From Terriglobia bacterium (GTDB lineage: Bacteria > Acidobacteriota > Terriglobia > 20CM-2-55-15): a stretch of 64,000 bases of DNA. Location of the stretch: contig CBDCLE010000017.1 in NCBI GenBank assembly GCA_965218585.1, forward strand, positions 192,001 through 256,000, given 5' to 3'. Both the position numbers and the translations under genes were made by a program. A model generated the notes under the pieces. The model was given only the letters and a program-made list of their open reading frames with translations. It was not told the DNA's origin and did no database searches. Shown here in pieces: positions 9,301 through 18,562 of the stretch (position 1 is the stretch's first letter; every line of letters begins with the position of its first letter).

Positions 9301-11591
9301 CCACGCTCGGGAAGCTGTTGCAGGCGATCGAAGCCGACTTGTTCTTGAAGAGCAACGTCCGTAAACCGGACAAGCTGCTGGACAGGGCGCTGTTGTGGCT
9401 GCACGAGCAGGAGGTGATCCGGCTCAACAAGGGTTTGGCGGTGTTCCGCCCGGCCATGACCATTCGCCTGGAGCATCGAGAGCGGCATGGTTTTTCCAAA
9501 GCGGACTTCGAACCCCTTGCTCTTCATTACAAGGGTCAGGTTCTGCAGATCCACGTCATGGTGGAATTCGCCGAGCGCGGCCTCGCCGCCATGAGCGAGG
9601 CGCTACGGCTGGCGATGGACTACTTCACGCTGAAGGAGGATGAGTTTCTCACGCGCTGGCTTCCGGAACGGGACAAGGAAATCGGTCGCGAGACGACACC
9701 GGAATCATGGCATGCCATCGTCGAGAGCCTGAAGAACACCGTCCAAGAGCGCATCGTGGCCGACAATCGGGAACAGACCAACGTTCTGGTGCTCGCCGGT
9801 CCAGGTTCGGGCAAGACGCGCGTGCTGGTGCATCGCATCGCCTATCTGATACGAGCGCGGCGAGAGAACGCACGCGGCATCCTCGCCCTGGCCTATAACC
9901 GTCACGCGGCCGTCGATATTCGCCGGAGGCTCACGGAGTTGATCGGCGATGACGCCCGCGGCGTGACCGTGCTCACCTGTCACGCTCTCGCCATGCGCCT
10001 GGCTAGGGCCAGCTTTACGGGCCGGGTCGAGCGTCCCGACGATGAGATGTTCCGCGAGGTGCTCCGCCGCGCGATCGAGTTGCTTCGAGGGAAGGGCCTG
10101 CCTTCGGAGGAGGCGGACGAGCGCCGCGAACGTTTGCTGGCAGGATTTCGCTGGATCCTGGTGGACGAGTATCAGGATATCGGGCCCGAGCAGTATGAAT
10201 TGATATCCGCCCTGGCGGGACGGACGCTGGAAGACGATGCCGGCAAGCTCACCGTGTTCGCGGTCGGAGACGACGATCAGAACATCTACGCCTTCAACGG
10301 CGCCTCGGTCGAGTTTATCCGTCGTTTCGAAGCGGACTATGGGCCGAAGCCCACCTATCTGACTGCAAACTACCGTTCCACAGAGCACATCGTGGCCGCA
10401 GCCAACACGATGATCGAGCCTGCACTGAAACGGATGAAGGCCGGCCATCCGATCCATATAGACCGGGGGCGTGCGAAGGCCCCTCAGGGCGGCGAGTGGG
10501 GAGAGCTTGACCCAGTCTCCCGTGGCCGAGTACAGATGCTGCCGGCTGGCAACGATCCCATCTGGCAGGCGCGAGCCGTCATGGCGGAACTGCAACGCCT
10601 CGCCGTGCTGGCGCCCGATTGGGACTGGTCGCGTTGCGCGGTGATCGCACGCGAATGGGAATACTTGGTGCCGTTACGCGCATTCTGCGAGGCGCACGGA
10701 ATTCCGGCACAGATGGGGAACGAAGAAATCCCCGGCTTCTGGCGCCTGCGGGAGATCCGCACCTTCGTCGAATGGCTGCGCGAACGGGCTCCCCGCATCG
10801 TCAACGCTGCGGCACTCCAGGGTTGGGTCGAAACACGTCCCTCCAATCCCTGGCACGACTTGTTGCGGCAGGCTGTTGAAGAGCATGAGTTGGAGACCGG
10901 CAGCGGGGACACCCCGGTGGGTCAGTTCATCGAGTGGCTCGCGGAATGGGGCCGGGATATCCGTCGTCGCCAACGAGGACTGCTGTTGCTCACGGCCCAT
11001 CGCGCCAAGGGACTGGAGTTCGACCACGTGGTCGTGCTCGACGGTGGCTGGAACCGCGTCGGACGCGGCGAAGACCTGGACGCGCCGCGGCGGCTCTACT
11101 ATGTGGCCATGACGCGGGCTCGGCAGACGCTCACGCTCACGCGGTTCGATCGCTCTCGCGGGCTCCAGGATGAGTTGGTTGGCCATCGCTCCACGATACG
11201 ACGCGAGGCGGCCGTACTTCCGCCGAGTACCGTTGAGATCGAGTACCGTTACGTCCGGACCACTCCTCAAGATGTGGACCTCGGTTTCGCTGGACGGCGA
11301 CGTGCCGATGATCCGATCCACGACGCGATCGCCGCACTGCTGCCCGGCGATCCGCTGGAAACCCGGATTGGGCGGCAGGGACGCTGGGAGTTGCTGGATC
11401 GCAGAGGCCGAAACGTGGGCAGGCTCACCCAAAACTTCAACGCGCCGCCCGGAACGCGGTGCCGGTCGGGCACGGTATTCGCCGCTATAGAATGGAACCG
11501 CGACCTATCGAAGCCAGAGTATCGCGACGCTATGAAGTGCGATGCCTAGGAAGTGATTGTGCCGGAATTCGTATTCGAGCCGGATCGTTAA
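6399..11591 (+). pseudogene. Large 3'-5' exonuclease-like + RecQ (SF2) + UvrD (SF1) fusion helicase with two in-frame TAG codons
   Basis: N-terminal LDLEV/GHNLIAFD/DTL; RecQ motifs PTGTGKS, DEAHCLSRWGHDFRPDY, ATNAFGMGIDKPD, QEAGRAGRD; UvrD motifs AGPGSGKT, VDEYQD, TAHRAKGLEF, YVAMTRA. ORFs 6399-9188 and 9288-11549 share a frame, which runs on to TAA at 11589-11591. Confidence 0.85.
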
Positions 11592-11698
11592 TTCGATTCG
11601 CACACCAGCAGCCCGTGATGCGGTGCGAGGAAGCCGCGGCGGCAGTCACATTGTTGGGCGATTCGCAAGACCGGTCATTGTTGTGGTGCTCGAACTGA

Positions 11699-13354
11699 AT
11701 CCCGGTAGGAGGTGAGATCGCTCGCACCCCCTCCGGACAGAACGGCTCGTACCGGCCAGGTAAGCCGCTCCTCGATCAGCGAGTAAACTCCAGTTTAAGA
11801 TTCCGCTCCGTGTAGTCATGGAGAAAGACAAGTCCGTGGCGGCGGAACCACTCCAGACTTAGGACGAAGCGAACTTCCCGTCGCAGGACGGATTGCCACG
11901 CACTCATCCGCATCCAGGTGCGGTGGGCGTAATACATCGGTGCCCCAGCTCGAATCATCATCCGTTGGAACTTGGCCGGCTTCTTCCATTTCTTTAACTG
12001 CATGGAACGGAGTCGGCTTCGGATGAATGCATCCAGCTCTTGGAATATCTTACGGAACTCCTGGATGCGATTGTACCCGACCCAGCCTGCAAGATATTCG
12101 TTGAGACCGGCAATCACCTGGGACATCGATTGCCCGTTATTCCGCCGTGTCCGGGATCGGACCTCTTGCACAAAGCGCTTGCGCGCCCGTGTACTGACCC
12201 GAATCTGGCCCCGCAGGATCTGGAATCCGACAAACTCCACATCCTTCATCGGCGCCACCCGGCTCTTGTCCCGGTTGACGTGCAATCCGAGTTCATCTTC
12301 GAGGAGTCGAGTTATGCTCTCCATCACCCGTCGAGCTGCCCGCTCGGTCTTTAACAGGATGACGAAGTCATCGGCCCACCGGCTGAACCGGTGGCCCCGC
12401 CGCTCCAGTTCCTGGTCGAGCTCGTTGAGCACGATGTTGGATAGGATCGGCGAGACCGGGGAGCCCTGTGGACATCCCTTGTCCGTCTTCTCGACGACAC
12501 CCTCTACTTCAACTCCCGCCTTCAGCGCCCGCGCCACCATCGTCACGAGCCGCTCATCCTGGATCTTCCGTCGAATGAGCTTCAAGATCAGGTTGTGAGG
12601 AATCTCGTCGAAGAAGCTCTCAATGTCCAGCGATGCACACCACTCGTAGCCTTCCACCACCGCTTTCCGTGCATGGCGGATGGCCTGGTGTTGGCTCTTC
12701 CCAGGTCGAAACCCGGAGCTGGACCGGCTAAAGTCACCTTCAAAGATCTCCGTCAACACTGTGTGGAGACTTTGACTGACTACGCGATCCATGACCACGG
12801 GTATACCCAACTTCCTCTTCTTCGGACTGCCCGGCTTGGGGATCAGGACTCGCCTTGCGGGCTTGAAACAGTATGTCCCGGCTTCCAGCTTTGCCTGAAT
12901 TCGTGCGAGAAGCTCGTCTTCTCTCTCCTGGAAAGCGTCCACCGACATGTTGTCTACTCCGGCTGAACCGGCGTTGGCCCGAACCTGCTGCCATGCCCGG
13001 TAGAGTCGCCCCGGGTTGTAGACCCGTTCCATGGCTCCAACAACTTTCACTTCACTTTCTCCGTGACTCTCTACCGCCAGGAATGGCCGGGGATGGTTGG
13101 TATTGGCGCCGGGCCCGGACTGCTGCTAACCTCGCCGGATCTCCGGTTCGGTGCTCGCGCGGAGCTCGCTGCCCTCATCGGTTTGCTAGGCCCTAAATCC
13201 ACCCACTGAATCGACTTCCTGATGGTGTCACTCTCGCCTCTCGTCCATGACTTCCCACCGCCGGATAGCGATCTCCGGTGGCCCGGGTCTTCCCGGTCGT
13301 CAGGGTTTTCTCCTCCGCTCTGTTACCAGGCTTCATCGGCCCTGAGTCTTCAGT
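11699..13354 (-). mobile_element. Group II intron A (DV/DVI and RT present; own 5' end not identifiable)
   Basis: Minus strand after the RT stop: DV GAGCGGCTTACCTGGCCGGTACGAGCCGTTC, DVI ending ...CTCCTACCGGGAT at 11699. DIII-like hairpin TCAGGGCCGATGAAGCCTGGTAAC...AAAACCCTGA at about 13300-13345. Confidence 0.75.
11776..13050 (-). CDS. ltrA: Group II intron reverse transcriptase/maturase (no endonuclease domain)
   Basis: GSAGVD, RKLGIPVVMDRV, GCPQGSPVSPILSNI, RWADDF and maturase X domain (LNEYLAGWVGY). Confidence 0.9.
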   Translation of the reverse strand: MKVVGAMERVYNPGRLYRAWQQVRANAGSAGVDNMSVDAFQEREDELLARIQAKLEAGTYCFKPARRVLIPKPGSPKKRKLGIPVVMDRVVSQSLHTVLTEIFEGDFSRSSSGFRPGKSQHQAIRHARKAVVEGYEWCASLDIESFFDEIPHNLILKLIRRKIQDERLVTMVARALKAGVEVEGVVEKTDKGCPQGSPVSPILSNIVLNELDQELERRGHRFSRWADDFVILLKTERAARRVMESITRLLEDELGLHVNRDKSRVAPMKDVEFVGFQILRGQIRVSTRARKRFVQEVRSRTRRNNGQSMSQVIAGLNEYLAGWVGYNRIQEFRKIFQELDAFIRSRLRSMQLKKWKKPAKFQRMMIRAGAPMYYAHRTWMRMSAWQSVLRREVRFVLSLEWFRRHGLVFLHDYTERNLKLEFTR

Positions 13355-13462
13355 GTAGAGTCGAAAGTGGTCGGGCAGAGCCGCCCTTCCACCGTCCGCT
13401 CAATCAAACGGCTCGTGCAGTTTTCCCGCAAGCCGCTTTCCTCAGTTGCTCCTCGCTCGAAG

Positions 13463-14818
13463 TCACCGGTCCACAAGACCGGGGATCAGATGCGTCAGTC
13501 GGACCAAACCAAACTCCCGAATCAGTCGTCGTGCCGGATAGCGGCGCCACATCGTATTGCGCCACCGTTTCGCGAGAAACGAGTGGATACGGCGCTCAAT
13601 CCAACGGTCCAACTGGTTAAAGAGTCGGCGCACCCGCGCTTTGCGGTAGTAGTTCCCCCAACCACGAATCACTGGGTTGAGCTGGTCGATGACTTCGCCC
13701 AGCGTGAGGGGAGCCTTTCGGCGCGAGAGGTGTCGGATTTGCGTCCGGAACCTCTCCACCGACTTTTCCCGTGGAATGGCGTACAGGTTATAGGGATGCA
13801 TTCCGCGATCCTGCCTCTGTGTATCGGACAGGCGCAGGCCTTTCCCTTGCTTCACCTTGTACCCCAAGAACTCGAAGCCCTGTCGGACGTGTACAATCCG
13901 CGTCTTCTTCGGATGGAGCCGAACTCCAAGTGCCTCCCAGAGAAACCGCTCTGCACATGCGAGTGCCTGCCGGGCTTCCGACGGTGTCCTGCAGACCACC
14001 ACGAAGTCGTCCGCCCAGCGTGTGAGTCTGTAACCTTGTCGGGTCATCTCACGGTCAAACGGCGTCAGAAAGATGTTTGACCACAACGGACTGGCCACTC
14101 CCCCTTGGGGAACTCCCGTCCGCGTGGGTTGCCAGCAACCTCCGTCCAACACCCCCGAACCCAGGATGACCCGGATCAGTCCCAGTACTCGGCCGTCGCT
14201 GATCTCTTCGGCAATTAAGTCGAGGAGCTTCTCCTGGTCAATCGTGTCGAAGAACTGCCGCAAGTCGGCATCAACTACCCATAGGTCTCCCTCGCCCAGC
14301 TCTACCCATACTTTCCGCATCGCATCGTGAGGCGAACGCCCCTTGCGATACCCGAATGAGCAGTCCAGAAACAGCGGCTCGAAGATCGGTTCCATCCGCT
14401 GGACCAGTGCCTGCTGACATACTCGATCCATCACGGCCGGTATCCCCAGCTTTCGCACTCCTCCGTCGGACTTCCCGATCTCGACTCGCTTAACCGGCTT
14501 GGGGCGATAACTGCCATCTCGCAGTCTTTGATGCAACAAGGCCAGATATTCCTCCTTGCGCGTTTCAAACTGCTCAACGGTCACCTTGTCGATGCCCGCA
14601 CTACCTCGGTTCCGCTTCACCTTCTCCCAGGCCAACTCCAGATTCTTGCGACTAAACACCTTGTCGATCAGCGAGTGGACCTTTCGCTTCTTTCCCTGTT
14701 TGCTTTCCAATGTCGCTGTGTGGTGACGGGCGGCGGCTTCGTCCGAATCGCGTTTGGGTCTTTCACTAAGGGAACTGTCCAAGGTCACGATACCTCCGCC
14801 TTTCCCTCGCTCGCACAA
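13463..14818 (-). CDS. ltrA: Group II intron reverse transcriptase/maturase (no endonuclease domain)
   Basis: VHSLIDKV, GSAGIDKV, RKLGIPAVMDRV, GVPQGGVASPLWSNI, RWADDF and LNPVIRGWGNYY; true start may lie slightly downstream. Confidence 0.9.
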   Translation of the reverse strand: MCERGKGGGIVTLDSSLSERPKRDSDEAAARHHTATLESKQGKKRKVHSLIDKVFSRKNLELAWEKVKRNRGSAGIDKVTVEQFETRKEEYLALLHQRLRDGSYRPKPVKRVEIGKSDGGVRKLGIPAVMDRVCQQALVQRMEPIFEPLFLDCSFGYRKGRSPHDAMRKVWVELGEGDLWVVDADLRQFFDTIDQEKLLDLIAEEISDGRVLGLIRVILGSGVLDGGCWQPTRTGVPQGGVASPLWSNIFLTPFDREMTRQGYRLTRWADDFVVVCRTPSEARQALACAERFLWEALGVRLHPKKTRIVHVRQGFEFLGYKVKQGKGLRLSDTQRQDRGMHPYNLYAIPREKSVERFRTQIRHLSRRKAPLTLGEVIDQLNPVIRGWGNYYRKARVRRLFNQLDRWIERRIHSFLAKRWRNTMWRRYPARRLIREFGLVRLTHLIPGLVDR

Positions 14819-15011
14819 TCACAACTGAGTACAGGGACTTCCCCCTCCAACGGGCCTTTTGAACCCGCCAGCGCCGCTGCTTGAAGCAACGATCCGAGAT
14901 CTTATGTTCGGTGTCTCGTTCCTGAGTACTATTCCCTGATCCGATTCCTGGCACCGCGTCGGCCGGAACTTCGCTCTCGCTTATATCCGCACCTACCTTG
15001 CGGGGCTCTAG

Positions 15012-16553
15012 GAGTCTGCGCGGCAGAAGGACCGAAATTGGGCGGGAATGGATGGAAGATAGGGCATGCCACGAACTTACCGAGCCTATATTCCAGAACA
15101 GAGCCTGCTGATGCCACCGTCGCTGAGCGATTGGCTGGCCGAAGATCACCTGTCGTACTTCATATCGGATGCTGTGGACGCGATGGATTTGAGCGGGTTC
15201 GAACAGAGGCATGGAACTGACGGGCCTGGCAATCAGGCCTTCGATCCGCGGATGATGGTGAAGGTGATGATCTATGGGTACGGGACCGGAGTGTTTTCAT
15301 CCAGGAAGATCGCAGCGAAGTTGAGAGAAGATGTGGCGTTCCGGATGTTGGGAGCCGAGAACTTTCCCGCGCACCGAACGATCTCGGATTTTCGCAAACT
15401 GCATCTTGAGGAGTTCGGGAAGCTGTTTGTGCAAGTGGTGATGATGGCGCGAGAAGCGGGTTTGGTGAAGATGGGGACGGTAGCGGTGGACGGAACCAAG
15501 ATGCGGGCGAATGCGAGCAAACGCAAAGCGATGAGCTATCAACGCATGAAGAAGCAGGAGACCGAGTTGGGTGAGCAGATTCGGGATCTGTTGAACCGGG
15601 CGACCGCGACCGATGAGGACGAAGACCAGCGTTACGGCAAGGACCGGCGCGGAGACGAACTACCCGACGGGTTGGCGACCCGTAAGAAGCGTCTGGCCAC
15701 GATCCAGGCGGCGATGAAGCGACTCGAGGAACGTCAGATGGCTGCGGACCAGGAAGCCGGACGGAAACCGGGAGACGACGAACCGGGAAGCGGAAAGAAG
15801 GGCAAGCCATTCAAACGCCCCATGGGCGAGCCCAAGCCCAAGGCCCAGGAGAACTTCACCGATCCAGAAAGCCGGATCATGAAGACCTCCACGGAAGGGT
15901 TCCAGCAATGTTACAACGCGCAGGCGATGGTGGATTCCGAGGCCCGGATCATCGTGGCGACCACGGTGAGCGACAATGCGTCGGATGTGGGGCAGTTGGA
16001 GCCGACTCTGGATGCGGTGAACAACAACCTGGGAGAGTCTCCAGGCCGCGTGCTCGCTGATGCGGGGTATCGATCCGAGTCGAATCTGGGGATGTTAGAA
16101 CAACGCCAAATTGATGGGTATGTCGCCATGGGGCGGGAGAAGGACCTGGACGATGCCCCCCTCCCGCCACAAGATACCGCGCTTGGTCGGATGACGAGAA
16201 AAATGAAATCCCCGTCTGGGCGTGATCGCTACCGGGCCAGAAAGCACATTGGTGAACCGCCCTTCGGGTGGATCAAATCGGTGCTCGGATTCCGACAGTT
16301 CAGTCTGCGAGGTTTGGACAAGGTGACCTGTGAGTGGAACCTGGTGACTCTAGCAGTGAACTTACGACGGATGAACGGGAAGATCGAATGGGCCTAATCC
16401 GGAAAACCGGGACCGCCACCCTTATCACACGGCTTACTACTGGAGTCCGCACCGGTCTGAGTTCATCATAACGGCAGAATCGGTCCGGTCGCCTCCGACA
16501 ACACGATCAAATCCCAATAAATCCAGGTTCTTTCCGCTCTGCCGCGCAGACTC
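15012..16553 (+). mobile_element. IS1182-family insertion sequence (element 2)
   Basis: TIRs gagtctgcgcggcaga / tctgccgcgcagactc; CTAG duplication at 15008-15011 and 16554-16557. Confidence 0.92.
15066..16397 (+). CDS. IS1182-family transposase
   Basis: LMPPSLSDWLAEDHL, VDGTKMRANAS, NFTDPESRIM, LADAGY and EPPFGWIK motifs. Confidence 0.92.
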   Translation: MPRTYRAYIPEQSLLMPPSLSDWLAEDHLSYFISDAVDAMDLSGFEQRHGTDGPGNQAFDPRMMVKVMIYGYGTGVFSSRKIAAKLREDVAFRMLGAENFPAHRTISDFRKLHLEEFGKLFVQVVMMAREAGLVKMGTVAVDGTKMRANASKRKAMSYQRMKKQETELGEQIRDLLNRATATDEDEDQRYGKDRRGDELPDGLATRKKRLATIQAAMKRLEERQMAADQEAGRKPGDDEPGSGKKGKPFKRPMGEPKPKAQENFTDPESRIMKTSTEGFQQCYNAQAMVDSEARIIVATTVSDNASDVGQLEPTLDAVNNNLGESPGRVLADAGYRSESNLGMLEQRQIDGYVAMGREKDLDDAPLPPQDTALGRMTRKMKSPSGRDRYRARKHIGEPPFGWIKSVLGFRQFSLRGLDKVTCEWNLVTLAVNLRRMNGKIEWA

Positions 16554-16726
16554 CTAGCCCACCGCCTTCTTCCATCGGCGTGCCGCCCCATCTCATTGAC
16601 CTTCCGGAGCGGCCAACTGACATTCGTCACGCAGTCGGCCATTTAAGCTTCAAACCCAGCCCGATCCCAACACATTACGACTGCATACAAGAATACGCGT
16701 ATAAGCCTGTCCTTTTGTGCAATGGG

Positions 16727-17011
16727 TTAGCGATCGGTGTTGGTGAGCTCTGCTATTGAGGGTAGGCCCCGATCCTTGAACACACGGTCAAGCCCTTCCA
16801 TCAAAAGAGAATGCATTTTGGTGTTTTCTTCAAAGGCCAAACGGCGAATCTGTTCATAGACCGGCACCGGAAGATAGGCGGTCTGCTGCTTCACTCGTCG
16901 CCGCTTGCCGATGGGCTGGCGAATGGCGCTGTTGTCTTCCGGAGCTGCGGCATCTGGCGCGACAGCGGCAGGGTTCAGCACCGCTTCAAGAGACGTGCGT
17001 TTTTTGGGCAT
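16727..17011 (-). CDS. Ribbon-helix-helix partition adaptor (ParG/CopG-like)
   Basis: 94 aa directly downstream of parA; QTAYLPVPVYEQIRRLAFEENTKMHSLLMEGLD pattern. Confidence 0.7.
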   Translation of the reverse strand: MPKKRTSLEAVLNPAAVAPDAAAPEDNSAIRQPIGKRRRVKQQTAYLPVPVYEQIRRLAFEENTKMHSLLMEGLDRVFKDRGLPSIAELTNTDR

Positions 17012-17014
17012 CGT

Positions 17015-17629
17015 TTACTTTCTCCAATTTCTGGGCGATCCAGTGCCACAGCTCCCTGATTTCGTCGGCTGCTTTCCCGTCGGGTTCGGACTCGGTGACT
17101 GTAGGCCCATCCCGTAAGCGTCCTGAAAAGCGCTACGCGCAACTACGTGCACCGGAGCGGCCAGCCCCAGGACACTCAAACCTCTGGCCGCTTCGCGGAT
17201 TCGGTAACCTCGGGGCGGCGTCTGATTCAAAACAAACGCACTCACCTTGCCAAGGCGATTGATAGTGGCCACCGTTGGGGGCGTGGCCTTCATGTCCGCC
17301 GATGTCGGCCGGCAGGGGATCAGGCACAAATCTGCCTGGCGGATTGCCGCAGCCGTGCTGGGTTCATCGTGGCCAGGAGTGTCGATCAGGATCACGTCAA
17401 AGCGCTCGCGGCTGCCCGTGATGGCAGTCGGGAGTTCGGCGGCCGTGACGGCGGCCAGCTTCGGCGTCGGCGATTCACGCGCCTGATACCATGACTCGGC
17501 AGTCTTTTGCGGGTCCATGTCCAGGACAAGCACCCGGCCGCCGAGCTCGGCGGCGGCCACCGCACAGGACAGGACGAGAGTGGTCTTGCCGCTGCCGCCC
17601 TTTTGGGTAACAAAGGTGATTACGCGCAT
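17015..17629 (-). CDS. parA: Type Ib ParA Walker ATPase; probable frameshift near the C-terminus
   Basis: QKGGSGKTT, LDMDPQ and LIDTPG. The normal-looking end TVTESEPDGKAADEIRELW is in another frame from about 17105. Confidence 0.85.
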   Translation of the reverse strand: MRVITFVTQKGGSGKTTLVLSCAVAAAELGGRVLVLDMDPQKTAESWYQARESPTPKLAAVTAAELPTAITGSRERFDVILIDTPGHDEPSTAAAIRQADLCLIPCRPTSADMKATPPTVATINRLGKVSAFVLNQTPPRGYRIREAARGLSVLGLAAPVHVVARSAFQDAYGMGLQSPSPNPTGKQPTKSGSCGTGSPRNWRK

Positions 17630-17885
17630 ACGAGTATAATCGTAACGCTGTGTAATTGTCTAAAGCAAGACAATGACAACATCATACAATGATACACGGA
17701 TCGTGCGGCTGCTTCTCAAGTCTCCCCGCCAGCTAGAGCTGAAAAGATATTCTGGGTAGCGGGGCGGTCGATCCATTCTCTGGCGGGATCAGTTCTCGTC
17801 ATTCTCCGTTCTGGCCGGCTGCACTACGTCCCTCAAAATCTGGGCGCTGAAGGGGTGGCCCTTGCACTTTATAGCGCTGTTTCGC

Positions 17886-17920
17886 TTGCAACGTGAAGTG
17901 TTGCATCCGATACTGGGCCA
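17886..17920 (+). promoter_or_regulatory. higBA sigma70-type promoter with palindromic operator; likely leaderless
   Basis: TTGCAA-17bp-GATACT-6bp-GTG start; inverted repeat TGCAAC...GTTGCA overlaps the spacer. Confidence 0.6.
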
Positions 17921-18193
17921 GTGCAGATAGCGCACGCGGGATTGAGGCGCTTGTTCGAGCGCGGTGACAGCCGCCGGCTGAACCCAGCCCATGTGCGGCG
18001 CATCCGGCGCGTGCTGGCGGATCTGGCCGTCGCGTCTTCTCCGACAGACCTGGATCAACCCGGCTACCGGCTGCACCCGCTGACTGGCGACCGGCGCGAC
18101 CAATGGAGCGTACGCGTATCCGGGAACTGGCGCATCGTCTTCCGTTTTGTGGATGGCATGGCGGTGGACGTGGACCTGATCGACTACCACTAA
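17921..18193 (+). CDS. higB: HigB (RelE-like plasmid maintenance killer) toxin
   Basis: HAGLRRLFERG...LHPLTGDRRDQWSVRVSGNWRIVFRF...DYH signature. Confidence 0.92.
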   Translation: MQIAHAGLRRLFERGDSRRLNPAHVRRIRRVLADLAVASSPTDLDQPGYRLHPLTGDRRDQWSVRVSGNWRIVFRFVDGMAVDVDLIDYH

Positions 18194-18205
18194 GGGGGAG
18201 AATCC

Positions 18206-18472
18206 ATGCCTATGTACGACCCACCACATCCCGGCGAGATGATCCGAGACATCCTGGAAGATCAAGAGGTCGACTGGAGTGTGACAGAGTGTGCTCAGCG
18301 TCTCGACGTGGCGCGGAACACACTGTCGCGGCTACTCAATGGACGTCTTGGAATCTCGCCACGCATGGCGCTGGCGCTGGAGCGAATTGGTTGGAGCAAC
18401 GCGGATCACTGGATGCGTCTTCAGGCGGCTTATGACTTGGCGCAAGAGAGGCGCAAGCAGTCGGCTGCGTGA
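18206..18472 (+). CDS. higA: HigA antitoxin (XRE HTH)
   Basis: PPHPGEMI...LSRLLNG..GISPRMALAL...WMRLQAAYDL. Confidence 0.92.
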   Translation: MPMYDPPHPGEMIRDILEDQEVDWSVTECAQRLDVARNTLSRLLNGRLGISPRMALALERIGWSNADHWMRLQAAYDLAQERRKQSAA

Positions 18473-18562
18473 ATTGTGGTGAATCTGGGAGGATTGTGCG
18501 AGGCCATCACCGGCCGGAGGGTATCCCCATGAAACGACAGCCGAAAACCAGAGCTTGAGATT

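Larger units (their letters stand above)
13355..16673 (-). mobile_element. Group II intron B, interrupted in its 5' ribozyme part by IS1182
   Basis: DV AAAGCGGCTTGCGGGAAAACTGCACGAGCCGTTT and DVI ending ...TTCGACTCTAC at 13355. Putative 5' end GTGTTGGG at 16673 (non-canonical, approximate). Confidence 0.75.

Noticed and set aside
6399-11591. Genome-wide TAG reassignment (alternative genetic code)
   Set aside because: TAG terminates intact genes at expected positions (kdsC, PQQ dehydrogenase, second VWA gene, both repA), so it is a normal stop.
11776-14818. Retron, DGR or defence-associated (DRT) RT system
   Set aside because: Both RTs have group II RT0 and maturase X motifs and are followed by DV/DVI; no template/variable repeat pair or msr-msd was seen.
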